Shown here piece by piece: positions 11,203 to 20,724 of a DNA stretch of 64,000 bases. Every line of letters starts with the position of its first letter. The first letter of the stretch is position 1. The position numbers and the translations under genes are program-made. Origin of the DNA: Candidatus Poribacteria bacterium (GTDB taxonomy: Bacteria > Poribacteria > WGA-4E > WGA-3G); contig CBDANF010000003.1 in assembly GCA_965197475.1 (NCBI GenBank), forward strand, positions 3,296,001 through 3,360,000, read 5' to 3'. Under the pieces are notes generated by a model. It was given only the letters and a program-made list of their open reading frames with translations. It was not told the origin of the DNA and did not search any database.

Positions 11203-11380
11203 TGTCTGAACCAGGATTCACAAGATTATAGGATTTTCAGGATTATAGGGACATCTGAGATAAATAGCCCTTTTCAACAGATTACGCATCTAACGCTAAT
11301 CCTAATAAGAGCCAGACTCGCAATCAAGGAAACCCAATAATCCTGGAAATCTGTCCATCCTGAAAATCCTGGTTCAGACA
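11203..11380. repeat. MITE-like inverted-repeat element, family B
   Basis: Same termini as 7533-7680; 5 bp downstream of the paralog stop codon. Confidence 0.8.
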
Positions 11381-11385
11381 AGGTG

Positions 11386-13917
11386 TTACTTCAAAATAAC
11401 CATTTTGCGCAGGAGCGACATATTGTCTGCTTGTAGTTGATAGAAATAGAGACCACTCGCAACGCGCTCGCCGATTGCATTGCGTCCATCCCAATGTGCG
11501 GTGCGGCTTCGGTGGGTGTAATAGCCTTCCCGCTGATGCCCTAAATCCAATCGGCGGACAACGGTACCGCGCATATCATAAATCGTAATCTGCACATCAC
11601 TCGCTTTTGCAAGATAATAAGGTATCCACGTCTCTGGGTTGAACGGGTTCGGATAGTTCGGTAAAAGTGCTGTCTCTTTCGGGTTTGTCAGTGCGGCGAG
11701 GAGTTGTTGTAAAAAGAGAATACCTTGTAACGACTTCGCATCTGTCAGATCCAACTGCTGTGCTTCAGATAGCCACTTTTTGACATCTGCAGCCGTGAGC
11801 ATAGAGAAGTCTTTGGCATAAAGTGACGGTGCAGTGGCACTGCTGCCCAATGCGCCAGCAACGAGGACGAGGTCCTGAATGTTAACAACACCATCACCGT
11901 TGACATCAGCACTATTTGCGCCTGATTGCCCTAAACGCCCGGCAACTAACACTAAATCTTGGATGTTAACAGTCCTATCATCGTTTACGTCCTCTGCAAG
12001 TTTGCGTGGCGGTGGTAGTTCCCCTCCAAAAATTAATCCAAAAAACTCATTATAGTTATGTTTAGAAGTATCTACCCATAGAGGCAAATAGCCTAAACGC
12101 CTTTCTAATTGTGCTTCATAAAGTGAATTTGGATGGACATTACTTCCAGAAAATTCTGAATATGTATTACTAAGACCAGATGCACCAACATACCCTATCA
12201 GATTAGATTGTGTAATAAAATAATATTCAGGATTCGTTGTCCACATATCAAGTAATCTACTTTCTTCTGAAACATTATTCCATCTTGTCCAACCATCTAA
12301 ATGATGAGGTAATCTTCTATATTGTCCACTACTACTTTCATGTGTTTGGCTATGATAATTATCAAGTAATGTATTACGTGGTTGGTTTCCATGTGTATCA
12401 GGTCCATCTATCACAGGGCCTCCAATTCCCCAAGCAACATTTCCAGATGATTTTCCACTTATATTAATGCCATGTATAGCACCAAAATCAGTATGATCTT
12501 CTAATAATCCGATTAGGCAATATGTTGCACTAGCTGCAGCAGCAGTATAATGACCGCGCCTACCATCTTGTATTACAGAAAGCACTGAACATCCATATCC
12601 GCTAATCCAAACTCCAATAGTACTATTAGAGAACCTACATCGCTGAACCCATGAATGTGCGACATGTCTCAATGCTATCCAACCACGACCCGGTTGCACA
12701 TTATGTTTATACGGTTCTTGAAGATTCCCATCGAAATGTATATCTTCAAAACCAATATTTGTTTGTAAATTTTTCCAATATACTGAATAATTAGAATTAA
12801 GCGGTGTTGTAGTAGGTGCTTTAATATAAACCCTATTACCTTCTATCCTATCTATTTCATGGAATTCTTTAATATGTATTCCTCTGCTACGAATCTCTGT
12901 AAACCTATTGCTCATCTCATTTATTGAACGTGAAGAATGTTCTGCCCAATCATCATCAAACAATCCACTCGTTGTAATAATAATAAGAAACTGCTTGTCC
13001 AAAAGCCGAGATGAATCTGCTACATCAAAGGACTTTGTGCCTCTTGGGAATTCACCTACAATTGGCGTTGCATGATCACTACCATTATGCTGCCATATAC
13101 CTTCAAATAAACAATGAAGATGACCCTCTAAATTTTCGTGCATTTTAATAGTAGTTCCATTCCTAATCGCCCCTTGAGCGCCACTACCCCTGAGAACAAT
13201 ATTTCCAGAACCACCACGCCTTCCTACATCAATCTTTTCAAGGGGTTCACCCGGAAGAAGAACATCATATTGCCCAGGAGGAAAGAATACAATCCCTCCG
13301 TCTTCAGCAGCACTAAGAGTATCTTTAATTGCTTGAGTATCTGACAAATTATCATTTGGAATAGCACCGTAAGAAGTCACATCATAGATTGTACCCGTAA
13401 CATCAGGAATTGGTTCTTCACCATTCTTATATCCTGCATAAGAATAATCTATAAGATTAGGCACATCGCCAGGGACATCTTCTCCAATAAATTTCCGCCA
13501 GATATTTGGAGTTGATCCTGATGTTCGATCAAATATATCAGTAATAGGACGAATACCAGTCGCCCTCATTATTTTACCGTAATTTTTACCATCAACAGTT
13601 ACTTTTACTTCAACTGTATTTTCTCCTGCTTCAGGCCCAAGAATAAATGTTGATTTAATTCTGCCTGTGTTATCTGTTTTATCATTTGTAATAATAAGAT
13701 ATCCACTACCAGAAAGTACTGTAAATTCTACTGGATGATTTGGTATACGGACTCCATCTTTTTCCACTTCAACATGCAAAGGGTTCGGCAGCGGATATCC
13801 AGCTGCACCTATTTGATTATCGCTTGATATACTATCTATAGTAACTTGTGCTTGTGTTGTTGATAAAATTAAAAAACAGGTAAACATTATGGTTGAAAGT
13901 AAAACTAACCTTTTCAT
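11386..13917 (-). CDS. Secreted beta-helix (DUF4955-like) glycan-active protein; copy 2, near-identical paralog of 7686-10211
   Basis: RBS AAGGAG, ATG 13917. Same domains; nucleotide sequence nearly identical except the C-terminal domain. Confidence 0.8.
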   Translation of the reverse strand: MKRLVLLSTIMFTCFLILSTTQAQVTIDSISSDNQIGAAGYPLPNPLHVEVEKDGVRIPNHPVEFTVLSGSGYLIITNDKTDNTGRIKSTFILGPEAGENTVEVKVTVDGKNYGKIMRATGIRPITDIFDRTSGSTPNIWRKFIGEDVPGDVPNLIDYSYAGYKNGEEPIPDVTGTIYDVTSYGAIPNDNLSDTQAIKDTLSAAEDGGIVFFPPGQYDVLLPGEPLEKIDVGRRGGSGNIVLRGSGAQGAIRNGTTIKMHENLEGHLHCLFEGIWQHNGSDHATPIVGEFPRGTKSFDVADSSRLLDKQFLIIITTSGLFDDDWAEHSSRSINEMSNRFTEIRSRGIHIKEFHEIDRIEGNRVYIKAPTTTPLNSNYSVYWKNLQTNIGFEDIHFDGNLQEPYKHNVQPGRGWIALRHVAHSWVQRCRFSNSTIGVWISGYGCSVLSVIQDGRRGHYTAAAASATYCLIGLLEDHTDFGAIHGINISGKSSGNVAWGIGGPVIDGPDTHGNQPRNTLLDNYHSQTHESSSGQYRRLPHHLDGWTRWNNVSEESRLLDMWTTNPEYYFITQSNLIGYVGASGLSNTYSEFSGSNVHPNSLYEAQLERRLGYLPLWVDTSKHNYNEFFGLIFGGELPPPRKLAEDVNDDRTVNIQDLVLVAGRLGQSGANSADVNGDGVVNIQDLVLVAGALGSSATAPSLYAKDFSMLTAADVKKWLSEAQQLDLTDAKSLQGILFLQQLLAALTNPKETALLPNYPNPFNPETWIPYYLAKASDVQITIYDMRGTVVRRLDLGHQREGYYTHRSRTAHWDGRNAIGERVASGLYFYQLQADNMSLLRKMVILK

Positions 13918-14199
13918 TGTTTTCTCCTTAAATACATAGCATTTTAAAACTTTAATAGTTGATGTTATCACTACATTTATGTTAGCGTGATTAAAAGAAG
14001 ACAAGACGAATTAACTGCCGTTTCATAATTACTTACCCCTTTGCTGTGAAGCACAAACACGGTCAAAAAAAATTGATAATTCCATGTTAAATCTAATTTT
14101 AAGTATAGTATATTATATCATATTTATGATTTAATATGGAAATTATAATTCATTATAATCAATTTGTCAATAAATTCGTAAACCTGTAGAGCAATAATC

Positions 14200-14228
14200 T
14201 TGACCAAAAAAGGATTTCATGCTATTAT
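14200..14228 (+). promoter_or_regulatory. Putative sigma70 promoter with extended -10
   Basis: TTGACC-17 bp-TATTAT, with TGn before the -10 box. Confidence 0.5.
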
Positions 14229-14231
14229 GTA

Positions 14232-14355
14232 CAAGACTTACGCATTTCCTCTTAAAGTCCCCCTGATAAGGGGAATTGAGGGGTTAAAAACACTGAAATA
14301 ACGACTTTTTAAGTCCAATATGTGCCTTTCTGCTCAATTTGCGTAAGTCGTCCTG
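14232..14355. mobile_element. MITE family A, degenerate copy
   Basis: CAAGACTTACGCA...TGCGTAAGTC(GTC)CTG, flanks ATGTA/ATGTG; internal CCCCTGATAAGGGG hairpin. Confidence 0.75.
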
Positions 14356-14411
14356 ATGTGCCACCAATTCTCTAATGCGTGCCTGCTATATCACACTTCT
14401 TTTTAGAAACC

Positions 14412-17400
14412 ATGCAATCATTGAAAAATATTATTGAACGCTGCCATCAACGGCACAAGAAACCGCTTCGGCAACGAAAAACAATCATAACACCTGCGCC
14501 TTACAAAGGACTTCCTTATCATTTCACAGTCTATTGCGCATACAGATATCCTGTCAGGTTGTATGACTTGGAACAGGCAGCCATCTCTTTTATGCCAATA
14601 GGACGCGCCCCTAACAATGACCACGGTCCAAACCCTGTTGGCGGTGAAAGGTTCTTGAAACGCCAAACCGTAGATAATTGGGGAATAAGACGATGGAAAA
14701 CATCATGGGGAATTCAGGTGTATACAGGTATCCCCTCCGAACGCGATGAGGCACAATGGCACGACCTCAATTTTACATATCAGGCACTATGTGCTGCACC
14801 GGACGCTGTTTTGAACTGTATCGAGACACTTGTCAATGCTGTTGTAAACCCGTTGTTGACAATGTCAAAGTCTGGCGGATTGCGTTTTTCTTGTAGAGTC
14901 CCGGATTATCTGCATCCAAATACCCATGAGGCGAAGCAGTATATCTATAAGCACACACCGAGCACGGAAAATCCACATCAACGAGACGTGTATCTCGAAA
15001 TCTTCGGGAAAGAGAGTTACAACCGCTGGGATGCACGCTACGAAATACTGCTTGGAAATCTGTTAGACCCACCCGTGATTTCCGAAGAGGTACTTTTTAC
15101 CGTTATTGATAAACTTCGTGCTGAGATTCATGACCCTACACCACTTGGGCAGCAAACCCTGAAACCGGATCCCCAAGCCAGCACCGTTGTGCCGCCATCC
15201 CTCGGTTCAAATCTGCTTGATCTCGCAAAAGATGCGTTTTTGGAACACGGCTATTCTTATGTTAAACAGGAGGACAATTTTCACCAGTGGACCCGTCAGG
15301 GCAGCGAGGGTAGAGACATCTCTGTGTTATTATGGGAGGACCGCGGCACCGTGTGGGTCCGCGCGGCTACACCGAATACTGAATTCCCCATGAATGCCAC
15401 GTCTATCACAGATATCTGGGATGATACCGGCATTATACCACCGGTACCTGCTACCGGCCTGCCTGTATCCGATAAGGTGCTTGCTGTCCGGGCGGGAAAA
15501 CTGAGTCCATTGGCAATAAAACGCCTACCTCCTGTGCTGCGGAAGCCGGAACAGACGCAAAAGAATTACAACACACACGAACAGAATAAAGTTCAGATCC
15601 AACAAGTTTTTGACAGGACGGAACGCATTATTGGGCTCATTGCCGAAACAGGGGCAGGTAAAACTTATGCAGCCGGCTCCTATGTTCTCAACGGTGGGGC
15701 TATCAGTTTGAACGCGGGTTTTTGGACAGTAGAAGAGATAGCAAAACAATTTCAAAAGCGCAATGTGCAATCGGTCGCACGTTGGCGGTCGCGGAGATTC
15801 CGATGGGATCATGTGAAAGATATACCTGTTGACGTGCGGATGGCAACCCCCTTCCAACACGGAAATATGTGTGAGGATTATGAACGGTGCAGCACACTTG
15901 AGGCAAGGGGAGGCAACCCGAATGAAAGTATTTGCCCGCAATGCCCTATTCAGACAGAATGCCAGGATCGCGGCTATCTATCACAACCCGCCGCATTAAA
16001 ACGCGCCACAGCACAAATATCGGGAACACTTTATCAGTTTTACGATCCGCAATACTCGAAAATCGTAGCAGAGCTCCTTGAAAAAGTTGATGGGACAGAA
16101 CGGCTTTGTATCATTGATCAAATCCCACCGCAAGGTCTGTTTTTTGAATGTTATATGCCAAAAAGGATATTAGAAGAATGGAGTGTCAACTGGCAAAGGG
16201 AGATTTTGGGAAAGTTTGCCAAAGCGTTGTTGAACGCATTAGAAATCAAAACCGATCCGAATGATAATGCTGTTAGACGGATTCGCACTGCGGTGGAAGC
16301 GTTTCAACAATACGAAGCGGAACTCATCAGACAGATGTGTCAAGTGCCTGTGAAAGGGAAAGTCATCAATCGCGGATATGTTGATGCTGAAACCGGAAAG
16401 GAATTGGCGCAGTTCACCATCGAGTTTGAAGGCGGTGCTTCTGCTTACATTCCATTAGACAAAAACGCTAAAGGGACACTCACTGCAAAGGGGTTGCCAC
16501 TTTTTATCCCTAACTCTTTCGTGCTGAACGAAGACATGAAAATCCCTATGCAGATGGCAGAAGCTATTCAATTGGGCATCTTGAACACGGAGACCGTCCA
16601 GAGCATTCAGAAATTTCCCACTGTTTGTCGGTATCCGAACTGGACGTTCTGGCATCAGCTGAAACATTTCTTGGCATATTACACACAGGATGCGGATGCA
16701 CCGATGATATTGCATCACAACGTCTTGCATTTATGGATGCCGCCAGTGCTGCATTCAAGCGTCAAACGCTTGCTGTTAATGTCATCAACCTTTTCTGAGC
16801 GAGATTTACGGAAAGCGTTCCCGAATGAAGAGATCAAAGTCATTCGTGTTAAACCGGCAGCCTGGGTCAAGGGAAATCAGGTTTTTCAGATACGTACAGG
16901 CACCTATCCACGGGAAACAGTGTTAGAACATAACAAAAGTTGGAACGTTCTTGGCGTATCTAAAATGGGACAACGTTTTTTTCAAGGTATCCGATCAGAA
17001 ATTGCACGCGACCCAACCGTTAAGCATGCGATTGTTACCGACAGGTCAATTATCAAGCAATTGCCAGATGTCGCAGAAAGTGACAACGTCTGTTTCATCA
17101 CGGATTTCAAAGTATTAGAAGGGTTAGAGACCGCTTTTCAAGAAGCACAAGTCTTATGGATAGTCGACACACCGTATTGGGCACATGGTATCATTTGGCG
17201 AAGAGCACAGATTTTATATGGAAACAACGAAACACCGCTCTGCTATGAAATTGAAATGGAATCTCACCGGTATAAAGACCAACGTGTCCAGAACGTTTAT
17301 GAAACACTCGTTGGCGGTTTACTCAGTAAGATTATAGGACGGGCAGGCTTGACCTATTTGCCAAATAAGAAGGTTGTGCTGATCGCAAGTTTCCCATTGC

Positions 17401-17807
17401 CAGATATTACCGATAGACCTGAGACGCTTCTGTTTGACTGGGAAGATTTTGAGGTTGCAGGTGGGCTACACAAGTTGCCGGAGGTAATAACGACACGCGA
17501 GCGTTTTGAGGCTGAAAGTGCTGCAATAACTGCTGAAACCAGTAGAACAGAGGTGGAACGTATCTTGGGATGCTCTACAGCGCATGCAAACCGTTTGTTG
17601 AATAAACTGCGAGGAGGCAACATACCACGTGTCTCTTTCCGAGAGCAGATACTCTCTCTACTTGCGAATGGCGAGAAAAAAGCATCGGAACTCGCGGCAG
17701 CTATTGATGGAAATCCGAAATCAATAGATAATGAACTTAGGCGACTTGTAGATACGGGTGAGATTGTTAAGGTTCGGTGGGGTGTTTATGCGTTGCCGGA
17801 TGGGTAG
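14412..17807 (+). CDS. Large protein: putative AEP primase-like N-terminus, SF2 (DinG/XPD-like) helicase region with Cys cluster, C-terminal HTH/wHTH
   Basis: WHDLNF and SKSGGLRF (AEP-like); AETGAGKT Walker A; CEDYERC...CPQCPIQTEC; IIDQ; LLMSST; C-terminal KASELAAAIDGNPKSIDNELRRLVDTGEIVKVRWGVYAL. Start uncertain (GTG 14379 or ATG 14412). Confidence 0.6.
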   Translation: MQSLKNIIERCHQRHKKPLRQRKTIITPAPYKGLPYHFTVYCAYRYPVRLYDLEQAAISFMPIGRAPNNDHGPNPVGGERFLKRQTVDNWGIRRWKTSWGIQVYTGIPSERDEAQWHDLNFTYQALCAAPDAVLNCIETLVNAVVNPLLTMSKSGGLRFSCRVPDYLHPNTHEAKQYIYKHTPSTENPHQRDVYLEIFGKESYNRWDARYEILLGNLLDPPVISEEVLFTVIDKLRAEIHDPTPLGQQTLKPDPQASTVVPPSLGSNLLDLAKDAFLEHGYSYVKQEDNFHQWTRQGSEGRDISVLLWEDRGTVWVRAATPNTEFPMNATSITDIWDDTGIIPPVPATGLPVSDKVLAVRAGKLSPLAIKRLPPVLRKPEQTQKNYNTHEQNKVQIQQVFDRTERIIGLIAETGAGKTYAAGSYVLNGGAISLNAGFWTVEEIAKQFQKRNVQSVARWRSRRFRWDHVKDIPVDVRMATPFQHGNMCEDYERCSTLEARGGNPNESICPQCPIQTECQDRGYLSQPAALKRATAQISGTLYQFYDPQYSKIVAELLEKVDGTERLCIIDQIPPQGLFFECYMPKRILEEWSVNWQREILGKFAKALLNALEIKTDPNDNAVRRIRTAVEAFQQYEAELIRQMCQVPVKGKVINRGYVDAETGKELAQFTIEFEGGASAYIPLDKNAKGTLTAKGLPLFIPNSFVLNEDMKIPMQMAEAIQLGILNTETVQSIQKFPTVCRYPNWTFWHQLKHFLAYYTQDADAPMILHHNVLHLWMPPVLHSSVKRLLLMSSTFSERDLRKAFPNEEIKVIRVKPAAWVKGNQVFQIRTGTYPRETVLEHNKSWNVLGVSKMGQRFFQGIRSEIARDPTVKHAIVTDRSIIKQLPDVAESDNVCFITDFKVLEGLETAFQEAQVLWIVDTPYWAHGIIWRRAQILYGNNETPLCYEIEMESHRYKDQRVQNVYETLVGGLLSKIIGRAGLTYLPNKKVVLIASFPLPDITDRPETLLFDWEDFEVAGGLHKLPEVITTRERFEAESAAITAETSRTEVERILGCSTAHANRLLNKLRGGNIPRVSFREQILSLLANGEKKASELAAAIDGNPKSIDNELRRLVDTGEIVKVRWGVYALPDG

Positions 17808-17999
17808 TTTTGTGGATAAACCTAGTCACAGTCAAGTCAGAGGTCATTTGCTTTCCGTAATTTCAATTTTTACTGCCGGCGACTTCAAGATCGGTTTCAT
17901 CAAATAGGTAGGTCTCAGTCCTGTCCGTTATACTGGGCAGGTAATGTGCAGAAAGTATCACAACAGTGTAAGGCAAACGATTCAGCCGAGTGCGTCTAA

Positions 18000-18621
18000 T
18001 ACCAAATTAACTTGATCCCACTCGGTAGGTGCGGTTTGATGAAGATTAATTTATTAATTCGGTAATTTCTTGGTGAAGCCCGGTGCGGTTAGGAAACCGC
18101 ACCTACCAGGCCTGGGGCAATATAGAATTACCGAAATATTTTCTTAAACTTCATTAACCGCACCGGATTCTATAAGGAAACTGAAAATTACCCGATTAAA
18201 TTCTTAATCTTCATCTAACCGCACCTACCGGTCCTGTGGAAATCGGGATTACCGACTTAAATTCTTAATCTTCATCTAACCGCACCTAGTCCCAAGAAAA
18301 ATGAGATAAATCGCGTTAATTTGGTCCAATACCCAATTAACCCGATTTGTCCCGCGAGGTCCCCGTGCCTCGCAATGCTTGACTTTATCTGAAGACGTCG
18401 AATCAAGTTAATTTGGTATAATGTAATTTCTGTTTATACTTGATTTTTTCGATCATTTTTGTTTTAATGCAAACGATATGGTTTTACATTTATGAAGGTT
18501 TCTTGTCTGCAGTGTTCTTTTTCGTAGTCTTATACCGAATTAACGGGATTTGTAGCGCGAGGTCCCCGTGCCTCGCAATGCTAACCGCTATCAGAAAACT
18601 TCGAATCAAGTTAATTTGGTA
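18000..18621. repeat. Cluster of nested MITE/REP-like elements (families D and E)
   Basis: TACCVAATTAAC...GTTAATTTGGTA units at 18000-~18326, 18330-18418 and 18533-18621. GTAGGTGCGGTT/AACCGCACCTAC palindromes, with an ATGAAGATTAA...AAACTTCAT insert at 18039-18154. Confidence 0.8.
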
Positions 18622-18721
18622 TTATAGGTTGGACTGAACCTCACGAAACCCAACAAACCGACAATCAATCAACCGTACAATGACGTTAACCCCGCATATT
18701 ACGCATAAAGAGGATAACATA

Positions 18722-19039
18722 ATGATTAACGAACACGCCTATACCATTGAACCAATCAAGATTTCACCAATGAATATTAATGTAAAAGATGAAGAAGGCA
18801 TTAAGCAAACGATATTGAAACTCGCGCGTGGTCCCAAAAAAGGCGAAACTGAGATAGAGGTATTCAAAGTATTCGCCTCAAAGTTGGAACATGCGTTTGG
18901 AGCACAAATGTCTATGTTTAATTATCCATCAGAGGACTTCAATTATTGGAGGCTAATTCTTCCGAAAGATGGTAATTTTGATGCCACGCCTTCAAAGATA
19001 TCCGTGTCGTTTCATATCAAACGCGTTGAAAGTCGGTAA
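18722..19039 (+). CDS. Hypothetical protein (105 aa)
   Basis: AGAGGA RBS, ATG 18722; 22 bp upstream of the next gene. Confidence 0.6.
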   Translation: MINEHAYTIEPIKISPMNINVKDEEGIKQTILKLARGPKKGETEIEVFKVFASKLEHAFGAQMSMFNYPSEDFNYWRLILPKDGNFDATPSKISVSFHIKRVESR

Positions 19040-19061
19040 TTAATCCGATCAAGGAACTATT

Positions 19062-20037
19062 ATGTATAGCGTTCTACCCGGAATTAGTCTGCCTGAAGAT
19101 ACAGCCTTTCTATGGAAATATATGAGTCTTGAGAAATTTGTTAGTCTTTTAGGGACAAAAAGTTTATTCTTTACAAGAGCCGATAAGTTGGACGATCCTT
19201 TTGAAGGCTTTACGCCTCCGTCAGTAAAGTCGTTTTACCATGACACAGTCGCTGATATTAATACCTTAGAGAAGTTCCAAGAAAATTGGCCTAAGTATAC
19301 TTTGTGTAGCTGCTGGCATCATGCAGAGGAAGAATCCATGGCGATGTGGGAAAAATATCACATGCATAATAGTGGTATTGCCATCAAAACGACCTTCGGT
19401 GATTTTAAAGACTGCTTGAGCGAAGGTTATGAGGTATTTCTCGGCAAAATAGAATATATTAATCACTATGAATACCCGGTCCCACAAAATTTATCAGAAA
19501 TGAGTATGTTATATACTTGGTATTTCCACAAGAGAAAAACGTTTGAATACGAACAAGAATTCCGCGCTATTATAGCAAACCCTCAAACATTTTTTATGAA
19601 ATATATTGATAAGGATGGTAACTTTATCAGTTCAGAAACTATGCCAGAAATCATTTTAACAGGACTTACGCATTTTCTCTTAAAGTCCCCTTGATAAGGG
19701 GGACTTAGGGGGTTAAAAACACGGAAATAACGATTTTGAACTGCGGGATGGGCGCATAAGTGGTAGCATCCTTGATGGCATCTGCTTATTTAACCCCCCT
19801 AACCCCCCTTATCAAGGGGGAATGCGTAAGTCCTGTTTAAATAAAGAATTCCGAGATACTTGTAAAACTGGCATGTCTTTTAATGTTGATGTCAGGACAT
19901 TGATTGGTGAAGTCATCACATCACCATATAGTGACGACTGGGTTACAGAGACGGTCAGATCGGTTGTTAAACAATACGGATTTGATTTTGAGGTTAACGC
20001 CTCAACTTTATTAGATGAACCAATTGAAACAGTTTAG
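19062..20037 (+). pseudogene. DUF2971-like protein interrupted by a MITE
   Basis: LWKYMSLEKF, LFFTRADKLDDPFEG, SCWH...ESMAMWEKY, GIAIKT, KRKTFEYEQEFR. Removing 19660-19840 joins both halves in frame (...EIILNKEFRDTCKTG...EVITSPY), giving 264 aa. Confidence 0.85.
19660..19835. mobile_element. MITE family A (176 bp)
   Basis: TIR CAGGACTTACGCA/TGCGTAAGTCCTG; 5-bp target duplication TTTAA (19655-19659, 19836-19840). Confidence 0.92.
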
Positions 20038-20044
20038 TTTGTAA

Positions 20045-20132
20045 TACCCAATTAACGGGATTTGTAGCGCGAGGTCCCCGTGTCTCACAATCCTGACTTT
20101 ATCGGAAAACTTCTAATCAAGTTAATTTGGTA
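20045..20132. repeat. MITE-like family D copy
   Basis: TACCCAATTAACGGGATTTGTAGCGCGAGGTCCCCGTG...ATCAAGTTAATTTGGTA, near-identical to 18533-18621. Confidence 0.85.
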
Positions 20133-20158
20133 TTAGTCATTCGGGAGATATTATTCTA

Positions 20159-20291
20159 ACGTGAGTTTGGTAAAAACGAGACTTCGTGCTTCTCGTAGGG
20201 GCGAGCTCCCCTCGACCGTAGGGGTTAGGCAACCTAACCCCTACGAAAATGTCCGCATATTTTTAGAATTTGCCATATATCAAACTCACGT
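20159..20291. mobile_element. MITE family F carrying GTAGGGG-type REP hairpins
   Basis: TIR ACGTGAGTTTG/CAAACTCACGT, flanked by direct repeat TATTCTA (20152-20158, 20292-20298). Confidence 0.8.
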
Positions 20292-20466
20292 TATTCTATA
20301 TCAAATCAACGCCCAATGCGCGTTTAGCATGAGTCGCCTCTCCCAAGGCGAGACCTTGAGGTTAGAAGTTTCTCACCAGTCTTTTCCCATTTACGTAATG
20401 TGGCAGGCGTTGAACCAATGAGTTCTGCAGCCTCACCAATCTTTACTAATCTGTTTTCCATCGTTT

Positions 20467-20608
20467 GTAGGTGCGGTTAGATGAAGATAAAAAATAATTC
20501 GGTAATTTTCTTGCAATGCTCGGTGCGGTTAGGAAACCGCACCTACCGGTAATGGAGAAAATTAGAATTACCGAATTAATAAATTAATCTTCATGAAACC
20601 GCATCTAC
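20467..20608. repeat. REP-like palindrome interrupted by a 114-bp family E element (20481-20594)
   Basis: GTAGGTGCGGTTAG | ATGAAGAT...ATCTTCAT | GAAACCGCATCTAC. Confidence 0.8.
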
Positions 20609-20724
20609 TGTTTTGCGTTATTTATAGTTTGTATCAAATGACCCCATGAGTTATACTATTAGTATTCGTTAAACTAACGAGTAGATGTCCTCGGATCCCC
20701 GATAATCTATTCATGGAGGTCAAT

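Noticed and set aside
7686-13917. Paralog pair as DGR template/variable repeats
   Set aside because: Both are full genes, the differences are not confined to adenines, and there is no reverse transcriptase in the window
18330-20132. Family D repeats as integron attC sites
   Set aside because: No RYYYAAC/GTTRRRY cassette geometry tied to each gene and no integron integrase; they look like TIR MITEs
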